This document shows positions 19,809 to 29,137 of a stretch of DNA of 64,000 bases, in pieces; positions within the stretch are counted from its first letter, which is position 1, and each line of letters opens with the position of its first letter. The notes under the pieces were generated by a model. The model had not been told where the DNA came from. It made no database searches and saw nothing but the letters and a program-made list of their open reading frames with translations. The DNA lies in NCBI GenBank assembly GCA_963837475.1, contig CAWIND010000003.1:524361-588360 (forward strand), written 5' to 3'. Position numbers and translations under genes: made by a program. This DNA comes from an uncultured Pseudomonadota bacterium (lineage in GTDB: Bacteria > Pseudomonadota > Alphaproteobacteria > Caulobacterales > Aquidulcibacteraceae).

Positions 19809-21026
19809 ATGGTTCACCCAAACAAATCCTACGACGCCATCGTCATCGGCGCGCGCTGCGCGGGTTCGCCAACAGCGATGCTGCTTGCGCGCAAGGGTCA
19901 CAAGGTTCTGCTCGTCGATCGTTCGACGTTCCCAAGCGACACCATCTCGACGCACGTCGTCCATCCCCGCGCTGTGTCGGCACTCGAACGTTGGGGGTTG
20001 CTCGAGGCGTTGGTCGCCACCGGCTGCCCGCCCATTCACACCTACGCGTTCGACTTTGGTCCATTCACCATTGAAGGGGCGCCGGGAACCAAGGCATCGC
20101 CCGTCGCCTATTGCGCCAGGCGAACGGTCCTCGACAAACTCCTGCTCGACGCGGCGACCGCGGCCGGCGTTGAAGTGCGTGAAGGATGGACTGTCGATGA
20201 AGTCATAAACGACGACGGCCGCGTCATCGGCGTCCGTGGTTCTGCAGGCGACGGCCAAAGCGTTACCGAGCACGCGCGCATCGTCATCGGCGCCGACGGG
20301 CGCAATTCGATCGTCGCCGAAAGTGTGCATGCTGAGCTCTACAACGAAAAGCGGCCGTTCCTGGCGATCTATTACGCCTATTGGCGCGGACTGCCGCTCA
20401 ATGGTCGGTTTGAAACCTACATCCGTCCAAACAGGGGCTTCGCCACGGCCGAGACCCATGATGACCTCACAATGATCGTGGCTGGTTGGCCGCAGGCTGA
20501 ATTCGCGAATGTCAAAAGCGACATCGAGGACGCATTTCTCACGGTAATTGATCTCGCGCCGGCATTTGCCAAGCGCATGCGCGCCGCGGAGCGCTCAACG
20601 CGCTTCGTTGGCGCCATCACGCCGAATTTCTTTCGAAAACCTTATGGCCCCGGATGGGCGCTCGTTGGCGATGCCGGCTACCTTAAGGATCCGATCACAG
20701 CTCAAGGCATTCTCGACGCATTCCGGGATGCGGAGCGTTGTGCTCAAGCCGTTGACGAGGCGCTCAGCCCGCGGCGTCCTTTCGACGAGGCCATGGCTGA
20801 CTATCAGCGCGACCGCGACGCCGATGCGCTGCCTATGTATGATTTCACCTGCATGCTGGCGATGCTCGAGCCACCGCCGCCCGATCTGCAGAAGCTCTTG
20901 GGTGCGGTGCACGGCAATAAACAGGCCATGGATGCCTTCGCCCAAACCAACGCGGGGACCATGTCGCCGGCCCACTTCTTTGCGCCCGCGCATGTGGACG
21001 CAATATTGCGAGCGGCGCGATCATAG
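19809..21026 (+). CDS. NAD(P)/FAD-dependent oxidoreductase (geranylgeranyl reductase/FixC-like fold)
   Basis: YDAIVIGARCAGS, VIGADG, WALVGDAGYLKDPITAQGI. Confidence 0.9.
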   Translation: MVHPNKSYDAIVIGARCAGSPTAMLLARKGHKVLLVDRSTFPSDTISTHVVHPRAVSALERWGLLEALVATGCPPIHTYAFDFGPFTIEGAPGTKASPVAYCARRTVLDKLLLDAATAAGVEVREGWTVDEVINDDGRVIGVRGSAGDGQSVTEHARIVIGADGRNSIVAESVHAELYNEKRPFLAIYYAYWRGLPLNGRFETYIRPNRGFATAETHDDLTMIVAGWPQAEFANVKSDIEDAFLTVIDLAPAFAKRMRAAERSTRFVGAITPNFFRKPYGPGWALVGDAGYLKDPITAQGILDAFRDAERCAQAVDEALSPRRPFDEAMADYQRDRDADALPMYDFTCMLAMLEPPPPDLQKLLGAVHGNKQAMDAFAQTNAGTMSPAHFFAPAHVDAILRAARS

Positions 21027-21068
21027 CAGCTCGGCTTGCATCGGCCGCCAATACGGAACAGACCACGG

Positions 21069-21244
21069 TCACCGCGCCCGATGCTGAGGGGCGTCCGTTT
21101 GTCCGCATGCGTCGATATCGACCTCGGCTTGTTTAGCCCAGTTGTCAGCGTCGCTTTGCGCTTGACGCTCTGGGAGGCATGACTGCCTTTATGACGGATC
21201 TGGATCAGCCACTTGCCGGACTTAAGTTGAGAAATCACCGTCAC
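21069..21244 (-). pseudogene. Truncated, frameshifted N-terminus of a tyrosine integrase
   Basis: Manual translation VTVISQLKSGKWLIQIRHKGSHASQSVKRK, then after a shift near 21152 DADNWAKQAEVDID; this matches the arm-binding N-terminus pattern of tyrosine integrases; no catalytic domain. Confidence 0.7.
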
Positions 21245-21367
21245 TGCATACGCCCCAAATAGAGACGGCTCGTATGCGCTGCGTGTGCACAGCCGACGGA
21301 ATCGACGGGAATTGAGCTGACGCGGCATGATCGGTGTGCAAATCAAGCCAGCCTCATCTCACCAATT

Positions 21368-22372
21368 TTGTTCAAAATCATGCTAGATCAAGCACGTAGT
21401 TTCTCCATCGCGCCCATGATGGATTGGACCGACCGGCATTGCCGGGCCTTCCATCGCGTCCTCACGGGCCATGCGCTGCTCTATTCGGAAATGCTGACCG
21501 CGGACGCCATCCTTCACGGCGATCGCGAACGATTGCTTGGGTTCTCGGACGTGGAGCACCCCGTCGCGCTGCAACTCGGCGGCAGCGATCCCGATAAAAT
21601 CGCTGAGGCAGCACGCATTGGCGCTGCCTTCGGCTACGACGAGATCAATCTCAACATCGGCTGCCCATCCGACCGCGTGCAAGCCGGGCGCTTCGGCGCC
21701 TGCCTCATGCGCGAGCCCGACCTGGTGGCGCGGCTTTGGGCGGCCGCACAGAATGCTGCGCCAAACATTGAAGTCACCATCAAGTCGCGCATCGGCGTCG
21801 ACGATCAGGATGCACGCGCCGCGCTCTTCACATTGGTCGATCTCGCCGCGCGAGAGGGCTGCGGCATTTTCATTGTGCATGCGCGCAAGGCGTGGCTGAG
21901 CGGCCTGTCGCCCAAGGAAAACCGCGATGTGCCGCCGCTCGACTATGAACTCGTTCGCGACCTCAAGCGCGAGCGTCCTCATTTGCAAGTGATCCTCAAT
22001 GGCGGTTTGCGCGATCTCGATCATGCGCTCAGCGAAAGCGCCGGCCTTGACGGCGCCATGCTGGGGCGCGCCGCTTACCAAAATCCAGCAACGCTACTTG
22101 ATGTCGATGCGCGCATTTTCGGCGCGCATTCGCCATCGCAATCGCGCGCGCACGCCGTGGAGCTGTTCATCCCTTATATGGAAGCTATGCGCGCGCGCGG
22201 CGTGCCCTTGCACGCCATGACGCGCCATATGCTGGGCCTCTTCAATGCACAACCTGGCGGACGGATGTGGCGGCGTACGCTCTCAGAACATGGTGTGCGG
22301 CCAGGCGCTGGCGTTGATGTGGTTCGCACAGCGCTCGCGCACGTCGCGGTGGATGCTGAAGAGGCCGCCTAG
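21368..22372 (+). CDS. dusA: tRNA-dihydrouridine synthase A (start TTG 21368 or ATG 21380)
   Basis: FSIAPMMDWTDRHCR, INLNIGCPSDRVQ, HARKAWLSGLSPKENR. Confidence 0.95.
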   Translation: MFKIMLDQARSFSIAPMMDWTDRHCRAFHRVLTGHALLYSEMLTADAILHGDRERLLGFSDVEHPVALQLGGSDPDKIAEAARIGAAFGYDEINLNIGCPSDRVQAGRFGACLMREPDLVARLWAAAQNAAPNIEVTIKSRIGVDDQDARAALFTLVDLAAREGCGIFIVHARKAWLSGLSPKENRDVPPLDYELVRDLKRERPHLQVILNGGLRDLDHALSESAGLDGAMLGRAAYQNPATLLDVDARIFGAHSPSQSRAHAVELFIPYMEAMRARGVPLHAMTRHMLGLFNAQPGGRMWRRTLSEHGVRPGAGVDVVRTALAHVAVDAEEAA

Positions 22373-22581
22373 CGCAGGAGCGAGCCGACGCCCGTCCAAA
22401 ATGAAATCCCTTCGTAGAGCAGCATGACGAGCAGGAGCACCCCGATCCAGATCGCGGCCGATGCGAAGAGCCCAGGCCCGCCGGCGCCAGCGGCCCTGCG
22501 GCGCTGCGCCCGCATCAAGCCCGTTCCGACCAGAAGCAGCGCCATCAGGCACCAGACGACATAGACCCATTGCTCCTGCAT
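22369..22581 (-). CDS. Small two-TM membrane protein
   Basis: MQEQWVYVVWCLMALLLV...; TGATG coupling to the upstream gene. Confidence 0.7.
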   Translation of the reverse strand: MQEQWVYVVWCLMALLLVGTGLMRAQRRRAAGAGGPGLFASAAIWIGVLLLVMLLYEGISFWTGVGSLLR

Positions 22582-22769
22582 CACGGCGTTGGCTCCGCTT
22601 TGGCCAAACGCGCTGGCAATTCCCGCATGATGGCGACCCGGCGTGTCTCGTCCATGCCGCCCCAAGCGGCGATTTCCGAGAGTGTGCGCCCGCAGCCGAC
22701 GCACAAGCCGTTCTTGCCGTCGACAATGCAGACTTTAACGCAAGGCGTGGAGACGGGGTCGGCAGGCAT
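22581..22769 (-). CDS. DUF1289 Cys-rich protein
   Basis: STPCVKVC...CVGCGRTLSEIAAW. Confidence 0.9.
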   Translation of the reverse strand: MPADPVSTPCVKVCIVDGKNGLCVGCGRTLSEIAAWGGMDETRRVAIMRELPARLAKAEPTP

Positions 22770-22956
22770 GTTGCTGATTTAGCCCGTCTTTGCGGCCGAG
22801 CGCCATATATCGAATTACAATAAAAATATATTGACATTCAATGCGAGTTATTGTGAATCAATATTCATCACAGCGGCGCATCCGGTCGGCCGCTGCTCCG
22901 CATCTCAGTCGTGTCCGGCGCGCTCAAAGCGCCGCTTTTTAGGGACCTGGATCGCC

Positions 22957-23289
22957 ATGCGTATCGCGCTCATCACTACCTCGGTCGCGGCGGCTATCGC
23001 CATTCCGATGGCTGTGGCGGCTGCTGGACCGCAGATGACCAGCTCGGAATTCTTGAGCGCCGTCCAGTGCGTCGCTTATGAAAGTGCTGCCTCGCCCAGC
23101 GCCGAGCTCGGCTTGGCAAAGTTGCGGCTCAATGCTGAGGCCAGCAAGCAGCCGCCAGCAGTGGCGGCCGCAGCCCAACGTGACGCGCGCGCGATCAGCG
23201 CGGCGGTCGAGGCCGGTCAGCCGGTCGCTGCCACGCGCTGCGGGGCTTCACGGATTGCTGATGAGGGACGCAGCCCTCGCGCGGTATAA
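22957..23289 (+). CDS. Secreted hypothetical protein (paralog of 48816..49187)
   Basis: Signal peptide; QMTSSEFLSAVQCVAY; RBS AGGGA. Confidence 0.75.
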   Translation: MRIALITTSVAAAIAIPMAVAAAGPQMTSSEFLSAVQCVAYESAASPSAELGLAKLRLNAEASKQPPAVAAAAQRDARAISAAVEAGQPVAATRCGASRIADEGRSPRAV

Positions 23290-23312
23290 GGTTCGAGGTT
23301 CGGGAGGGCGCC

Positions 23313-23600
23313 ATGAAAGCAGCTTGGGTCTTCGCGTTAGGATTTGGCGCAGGGCTATTTCCAGCCATCGCAAACGCTGGCGCCACGCCTGACGCGCGCG
23401 ACTGCCAGACCGGCAACGCGCGACGCGGCGAATGCATCACCTCGAGCACCCAGCCGGTCGCCCCGCAAGTGACGACCACGACGCGGCAAGTCACGCGCAT
23501 GCCGCCGCCGCCGCAAACGGCGCGCAACGACGCTCAGCGGCGCCGTAGCGGCAAGCACATTCCTGACGCTGAGTTGATAGGCCCTCGCGGCGCTCTATAG
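23313..23600 (+). CDS. Secreted hypothetical protein
   Basis: RBS GGGAGGG, signal peptide ending ANA, Cys pair, Pro/Thr linker. Confidence 0.7.
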   Translation: MKAAWVFALGFGAGLFPAIANAGATPDARDCQTGNARRGECITSSTQPVAPQVTTTTRQVTRMPPPPQTARNDAQRRRSGKHIPDAELIGPRGAL

Positions 23601-23645
23601 TCGCTCGCGCGCGCATCGATCGTTGCGCGCAAAGCGAGGCGCGCA

Positions 23646-24837
23646 ATGGATCTCGAATTTTCGCCGGAAGACATCGCCTTTCGCAATGAAGTGCGCGCCT
23701 TCATCGAGGCAAATTACCCGCCCCACCTGAAGGGTCGCGTTTTGCGGGAGGATTTGTCGAAGGAAGACTTCCTCGCTTGGCACAAGATCCTCGGCAAGAA
23801 GGGCTGGTCGGCGCCGGCTTGGCCGAAGGAATACGGCGGCACAGGCTGGACGGCGACGCAGCGTTACATCTGGCTTGAAGAAAACGCCCGCGCCGAGACC
23901 ATCCCGCCGCTTCCGTTCGGCGTCTCGATGGTGGGCCCCGTCATCTACACGTTCGGCACGCCCGAACAGAAAGAGCGCTTCCTGCCCGGCATCCTCAAAG
24001 GCGATGTCTGGTGGGGCCAGGGTTATAGCGAACCCGGCGCCGGATCCGATCTCGCCAGCCTGAAAACCAAGGCCGTGCGCGAAGGCGACTTCTACATCAT
24101 CAACGGCCAGAAGACCTGGACCACGCTCGGCCAATACGCCGACTGGGGTTTCTTCCTTTGCCGCACCGATCCTAACGCCAAGCCGCAAGAAGGCATTTCC
24201 TTCATTCTCGTCGACATGAAATCGCCCGGCGTGAGCGTGCGTCCGATCAAATTGCTCGACGGCGGCTACGAGGTGAACGACGTCTTCCTCGACAATGTCA
24301 AAGTGCCGGTCGATCAACGCATCTATGAAGAGAACAAGGGCTGGACCTGCGCCAAATTCCTGCTCGCCCATGAACGCGCCGGCATTGCCGGCGTGGCGCG
24401 CTCGAAGCGCAATGTCGAACGCCTGAAGTCGATCGCGAAATCGGAAATCGGCGATGATGGCAAGCGCGCTGATCGAGGACGAAGATTTTCAGCGCAAGCT
24501 CGCCGAGCTTGAGATCGATCTCGCGGCGCTTGAGATGACCGAGCTGCGCGTGCTCGCGCGCGAACATGCGGGCAAGGGTCCAGGACCTGAATCTTCGCTT
24601 TTGAAAATCAAAGGCACCGAAATTCAGCAGCGCCTGACGGAATTGACGCTCGAAGCTGTCGGCAATTACGCCCAGCCCTATCTGCGCGATACGCCCGGCG
24701 GCAACGAATTTCCGGTCGGTCCCGACTATGCGCGCAGTGCAGCGCCTGTCTATTTCAACTGGCGCAAAGCCTCGATCTATGGCGGCTCAAACGAAATCCA
24801 ACGCAACATCATCGCCAAGATGGTGCTGGGGCTTTAA
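23646..24837 (+). CDS. Acyl-CoA dehydrogenase, PimC-like subunit, frameshifted near 24465
   Basis: GQGYSEPGAGSDLASL, NGQKTWT, SIYGGSNEIQRNII. Confidence 0.9.
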
Positions 24838-24840
24838 GCG

Positions 24841-25980
24841 ATGAACTTCGATTATACCGACGAGCAAAACGCGCTGCGTGACTCGCTCTCCAAATGGGCC
24901 GCGCAACAATACGATTTCGACAAACGCAAGGCCGCGATGGCCGACGAGAACGCCTGGAAGAAAAACTGGGCGACGTTTGCCGAGCTTGGCCTGCTTGCAG
25001 CGCCTTTGCCGGAAGAATTTGGCGGCCTGGGCGGGGGTCCCATCGATGTTAATGTCGTCGCCGAAGAATTCGGCAAGGCGCTCGTCGTGGAGCCTTACGT
25101 GCCGACCGTCGTTCTCGGCGCCGGCGCCATCAAATATAGCGGCAACGCCGCGCAGAAGGATCAGCATCTGAACGCGATCGCCTCGGGCGAGTGCGTCATC
25201 GCCTTCGCGCAGGCCGAACCGAAAAGCCGCTGGTCGCTCAACGATGTCTCGACCACCGCCAAGAAGGACGGCGCAGGCCATGTGCTGAGCGGCCAGAAAG
25301 CCGTCGTGCTCGGGGGTCCCCAGGCCGACCATTTGCTGGTGAGTGCGCGTACCGCAGGCGCCCAGCGCGACACCAAAGGCATTTCGCTCTTCCTCGTGGC
25401 CGCCAACGCCAAGGGCGTCACGCGCCGGGACTATCCGACGATGGATGATACCCGCGCCTCGGAAATCTATTTCGAAAACGTCTCGCTCGGCGCCGAGGCG
25501 CTCATTGGCGCCGCTGATGCAGGCCTGCCCGTCATCGAGCGCATCGTCGATGAGGCCAACACGGCCTATTGCAGCGAAGCCGTCGGCTGCATGCGCATGA
25601 TGACCTCCTCGACACAGGACTACGCAAAGCAGCGCAAGCAATTCGGCCGCGCCATCGCCGAATTCCAAGTCATCCAGCACCGGCTCGTCGACATGTTCAT
25701 GGCGACGGAGGAATCGGTCTCCATGGCGCTGCTCGCGACGATCAAACTCAGCGAAAGCGATGCCGAGCGCGCCAAGGCGGTCTCCGCCGCGAAAGTCGCG
25801 ATTGGCAAGCACGGCCGCTTCATCGGCCAGAATGCCGTGCAAACGCACGGCGGCATGGGCGTCACCGACGAAATGCGCGTCGGGCATTATTTCAAGCGCG
25901 TGACCATGATCGACGCGACCTTCGGCAACGTCGATTATCACCTGAAGCGTTATATCGCGCTCGATCAGAAGGCGGCCTGA
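24841..25980 (+). CDS. Acyl-CoA dehydrogenase, PimD-like subunit
   Basis: RKQFGRAIAEFQVIQHR, AVQTHGGMGVTDE, FGNVDYH. Confidence 0.9.
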   Translation: MNFDYTDEQNALRDSLSKWAAQQYDFDKRKAAMADENAWKKNWATFAELGLLAAPLPEEFGGLGGGPIDVNVVAEEFGKALVVEPYVPTVVLGAGAIKYSGNAAQKDQHLNAIASGECVIAFAQAEPKSRWSLNDVSTTAKKDGAGHVLSGQKAVVLGGPQADHLLVSARTAGAQRDTKGISLFLVAANAKGVTRRDYPTMDDTRASEIYFENVSLGAEALIGAADAGLPVIERIVDEANTAYCSEAVGCMRMMTSSTQDYAKQRKQFGRAIAEFQVIQHRLVDMFMATEESVSMALLATIKLSESDAERAKAVSAAKVAIGKHGRFIGQNAVQTHGGMGVTDEMRVGHYFKRVTMIDATFGNVDYHLKRYIALDQKAA

Positions 25981-26036
25981 GCCAAGCGACGACGCGTCTC
26001 ATTGCCGGAGCCAATGGGCCAGCGGATCATCGCGCC

Positions 26037-26405
26037 ATGGGCCGCGTGGAGATTCTCTACAACGCTGTTTGTCCGGTGTGTCACGCCGGCGCGTGCGAGC
26101 TTGAGAAACGCGCGGCGCTCGCGAAAGCCGATGTCGTCCTCACCGACGTCTCTCAAGATAGAGATGCGCTCCAGCGGGCCAGCGTCACTCTCGATCAAGT
26201 GCGGCTGAAAATGCACGCCATCGATGAAAGCGGGCGCGTGCTCGCCGGTATGCCGGCTGTGGCGTTGGCATGGGCCGTAACACCACCATATCGTCCGCTT
26301 GGCCGCGTCATGCAGATCCCGCCCTTCAGCTGGATCGGCGCTGTCGTCTATCACTTCTCAGCCTATGTTTTGTGGGGCTGGAATAGAGCCTGTGGCCGCT
26401 GGTAG
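26037..26405 (+). CDS. DCC1-like (DUF393) thiol-disulfide oxidoreductase family protein
   Basis: ILYNAVCPVC, MHAIDESG...GMPA. Confidence 0.85.
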   Translation: MGRVEILYNAVCPVCHAGACELEKRAALAKADVVLTDVSQDRDALQRASVTLDQVRLKMHAIDESGRVLAGMPAVALAWAVTPPYRPLGRVMQIPPFSWIGAVVYHFSAYVLWGWNRACGRW

Positions 26406-26406
26406 C

Positions 26407-26490
26407 GAACGCCGGTGAATGAACGCCGGTGAATGAACGCCCGTGAATGAACGCCCGTGAACGAACGCCGGTGAACGAGCGCTGGTAACC
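26407..26490. repeat. 14-bp tandem repeat, five good units plus one degenerate (GAACGCCSGTGAAY)
   Basis: Units at 26407, 26421, 26435, 26449, 26463 and 26477, between convergent genes. Confidence 0.95.
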
Positions 26491-28259
26491 TAACGTCTGG
26501 CCATCCATGCGCGCGCGCCGAACCAAAACGCACCGATCAGCGCCAAGACCGCGATCCCCAACACCCACCAATAATATCCGATCTGCGCCATCAGCGCGTT
26601 GTGCGCGGCTTGGTGCTGGGCGTCATAGCCGCGCGGCATGTCGACCACACCATTGGCCCGCGCATAGGCGCTATAGTCCCCCTGCATTGAGGCAAAGAGC
26701 AGCGGTTGTTCGCGCGCGAGATCGTGGGTCTCGCCGGGATCGGTGCTGATGTTGTAGAGCCGCCAAACATTGTCGCCATAGCGCGGCGTGTTACGCACGA
26801 GCTTGTAGTCGCCGCGGAAGAGCGCCGAATTGCCGGAGACTTCAATGCCGACCGGTGTTTCGGGATCGCGCATCTGCACGCTTGCCCCGCTCAGCACGCC
26901 GCTCATGCTCGCGCCGGTGATTTGTACACTATTTGCGGGCGCCGCACCCGCGTTGGCCCGCTCCAGCAAGGTCGGCGCGATGTCGGTCGCGAACGCACGC
27001 GCATCGACGCGCCCGGCGCGCACGCCGGGTCCTGCCACGATCAGCGGCACATGGATGCCACCGTCGCCAGCGTAGAATTTGAAGAGATCGCCGGGTGAAG
27101 CCGCAGCACTCGCCCATTCCGGCCCAATGAAATTGTAGGAATGGATTTCGCCGAGCGTGCTGATCTGGCGGGTGTAGCCATGCGCGTCCATCCATTGCGT
27201 GAAGCCGGTTTCGTGGATGGGGTCGCTGGGCTCGGGACCGTTGTCGCTGGTGATGACAAAGATCGTGTTTTGCGCCAGCCCGCGCTGCTGCAGATAGCCA
27301 ATCAGCCGCCCGAGGTTTGCGTCCATTGCTTCCAGCATGCCGGCATAGACGGCCATGCTGCGCGAAAAGAGGGCCCGCTCAGGCGCTGAAAGCGATGACC
27401 AAGGCCTGAGCCGCGCAGGCATTGGCGCAAGCGGGGCGCCTTCTGGGATGAGGCCCAGGGCCTGGGCGCGCCGCCAGCGCGCTTGGCGCAAGGCGTCCCA
27501 GCCCGCCTCGTAGGTGTTCAAATAGTGCGCCGTATATTCGCGCGGCGCTTGCACGGGAATGTGCACCGCTTGGAAGCCAACATAGGCGAAGAAGGGCGCT
27601 GTGCTGGGCTCATCGTCGCTCAGATATTGGATCATCCGATCGACGATGAAGCGGCTTGAATAAAAATCGCGCGGCAGGTGCGCGGGCCTGCCGTTTTCGA
27701 ACCAGGGCGCATAATTGTTGTACGGCATGTACGGCGCTTCTTGCCAATTATCCGCGCCCGAGGCGTCGAGTACGAACGAGCGGTCAAAGCCGTGATCGTT
27801 GGGCAGATCGCCCGCGCCGTGGCCCAAATGCCATTTGCCGGTGATGTAGGTGCGATAGCCGACAGCGCGCAGGCGCTGCGCCATGGTCAGTACGCCAGGC
27901 TCCAAGTGCATGGTGTAGCCGCGATGACCTTGTTGTTGGGGCGGCAGCACTTCGGGAATGGTCGCAACACCCGTGCGGTGATTGTCGACGCCCGTCAGCA
28001 ACATTGCGCGTGATGGAGCGCAAAGCGGCGAGGTGTAATAATGCGAAAACATCGCCCCGCGCGCGGCAAACGCGTCGATGTTTGGCGTGCGCGCCTCGCC
28101 GCCATAAGCGCCAAAATCGGAAAACCCCGCATCGTCGACAACAACGACGACGATGTTCGGCGGCTGCGTCCGCGTCTGTGTTTGTCTCTGTGTCTGCGCG
28201 CCGGCCGGCGCCGCGCCCAGCAGCAGGACGCACGCAAACGTCAGCACGCCATGCTTCAT
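26490..28259 (-). CDS. Arylsulfatase (Cys-type), exported, with C-terminal TM anchor
   Basis: PNIVVVVVDD, CAPSRAMLLTG, GKWHLG; signal peptide; C-terminal hydrophobic helix. Confidence 0.93.
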   Translation of the reverse strand: MKHGVLTFACVLLLGAAPAGAQTQRQTQTRTQPPNIVVVVVDDAGFSDFGAYGGEARTPNIDAFAARGAMFSHYYTSPLCAPSRAMLLTGVDNHRTGVATIPEVLPPQQQGHRGYTMHLEPGVLTMAQRLRAVGYRTYITGKWHLGHGAGDLPNDHGFDRSFVLDASGADNWQEAPYMPYNNYAPWFENGRPAHLPRDFYSSRFIVDRMIQYLSDDEPSTAPFFAYVGFQAVHIPVQAPREYTAHYLNTYEAGWDALRQARWRRAQALGLIPEGAPLAPMPARLRPWSSLSAPERALFSRSMAVYAGMLEAMDANLGRLIGYLQQRGLAQNTIFVITSDNGPEPSDPIHETGFTQWMDAHGYTRQISTLGEIHSYNFIGPEWASAAASPGDLFKFYAGDGGIHVPLIVAGPGVRAGRVDARAFATDIAPTLLERANAGAAPANSVQITGASMSGVLSGASVQMRDPETPVGIEVSGNSALFRGDYKLVRNTPRYGDNVWRLYNISTDPGETHDLAREQPLLFASMQGDYSAYARANGVVDMPRGYDAQHQAAHNALMAQIGYYWWVLGIAVLALIGAFWFGARAWMARR

Positions 28260-28311
28260 CCGCGAGGCCTCCGCCGCCATCGGTAAATAGCGGCACGTAA
28301 GGTGTCAAAAG

Positions 28312-28614
28312 TTAGCCGAGGCTTCCGCGAAGGCGCCCGATCAGAGCGTGCGCCAGCCAGGCCATCGTCAGCAATCCCGCGCTCCATACCGCGCCGTCCG
28401 CTACGGAAGCTGCATGCGCATTGGCCCAGGCGCCGAGCAGGAAGAGGCCCGCGGCCGCAGCAGTCGCGACACCGCCGCCGCGCAAAGCTGCGCGCATGCC
28501 CGCGCGGGCAAAACGCGCCTTCTCCGCACGCTCCAGCACGGCAAGCGCAAAGGCAGGATCGCGTTTCGGCGGCCCGCTCGCACGCATCGCGGCCATGAGC
28601 CGATCCTCACCCAT
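28312..28614 (-). CDS. Membrane protein, putative anti-sigma factor
   Basis: Overlaps the ECF sigma stop; D-P-x-F motif followed by two TM helices. Confidence 0.65.
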   Translation of the reverse strand: MGEDRLMAAMRASGPPKRDPAFALAVLERAEKARFARAGMRAALRGGGVATAAAAGLFLLGAWANAHAASVADGAVWSAGLLTMAWLAHALIGRLRGSLG

Positions 28615-29137
28615 CGCTTTCTCCTAAGGCAGCGAGAAGACGCGCGCGCCCACGCGTTACATGCGATTTCACCGTGCCCAGCGGCAGGTTCAGAATGCCT
28701 GCCGTTTCGCCGTGCGAAAAACCTTCTCCCAAACACAACGCCACCGCGGCGCGCTGATCTTCGGGCAATTCAGCCATGGCGTTCGCGAGCGCTATTTTGT
28801 CTTCGAGCAGCGCTTCGCTTTCAGCGTCCTGATGCTCGAGCCAGGCGCGATCGCGCATGTTTGCCCGGGTACGGGCGCGCCGTGCGTCGCGTGCGATGCG
28901 ATAACCGATGCCGACCACCCAAGCGCGAAAGCTCGATTTGCCCTCAAAGCGATCAAGGCGCGCCCATGCGGTCACGAACGCCTCCTGGGCAATGTCGTCG
29001 CCGTCGAGCCCATCGCCGGTGAAACGCCGCAAGAACCCGCGCACCGCCTGCTGGTTGGCGTCGACCAGCGCCGCGAACGCTCGGCTTTCACCGCGCCGCG
29101 CCGCTGCAATGAGGCGGGCTTCTTCATTCGTCGTCAT
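28607..29137 (-). CDS. ECF-type RNA polymerase sigma factor
   Basis: DDIAQEAFVTAW, SSFRAWV, LPLGTVKSHVTRGR. Confidence 0.93.
   Translation of the reverse strand: MTTNEEARLIAAARRGESRAFAALVDANQQAVRGFLRRFTGDGLDGDDIAQEAFVTAWARLDRFEGKSSFRAWVVGIGYRIARDARRARTRANMRDRAWLEHQDAESEALLEDKIALANAMAELPEDQRAAVALCLGEGFSHGETAGILNLPLGTVKSHVTRGRARLLAALGESDG

Larger units (their letters stand above)
1..21420. mobile_element. Right part of an integrative conjugative element (P-type trb T4SS) bounded by the 5' end of dusA; left end lies outside the window
   Basis: Complete traG-copG-trbBCDEJLFGI order, accessory cargo, integrase N-terminal relic divergent from dusA, housekeeping genes resume at dusA. Left boundary not visible. 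Confidence 0.75.

Noticed and set aside
1-21000. Second att copy (original dusA 5' end) inside the window
   Set aside because: A manual scan found no duplicate of the dusA 5' core; it is probably beyond the left edge
26407-26490. CRISPR array
   Set aside because: Units are 14 bp, contiguous and have no spacers; no cas genes are present
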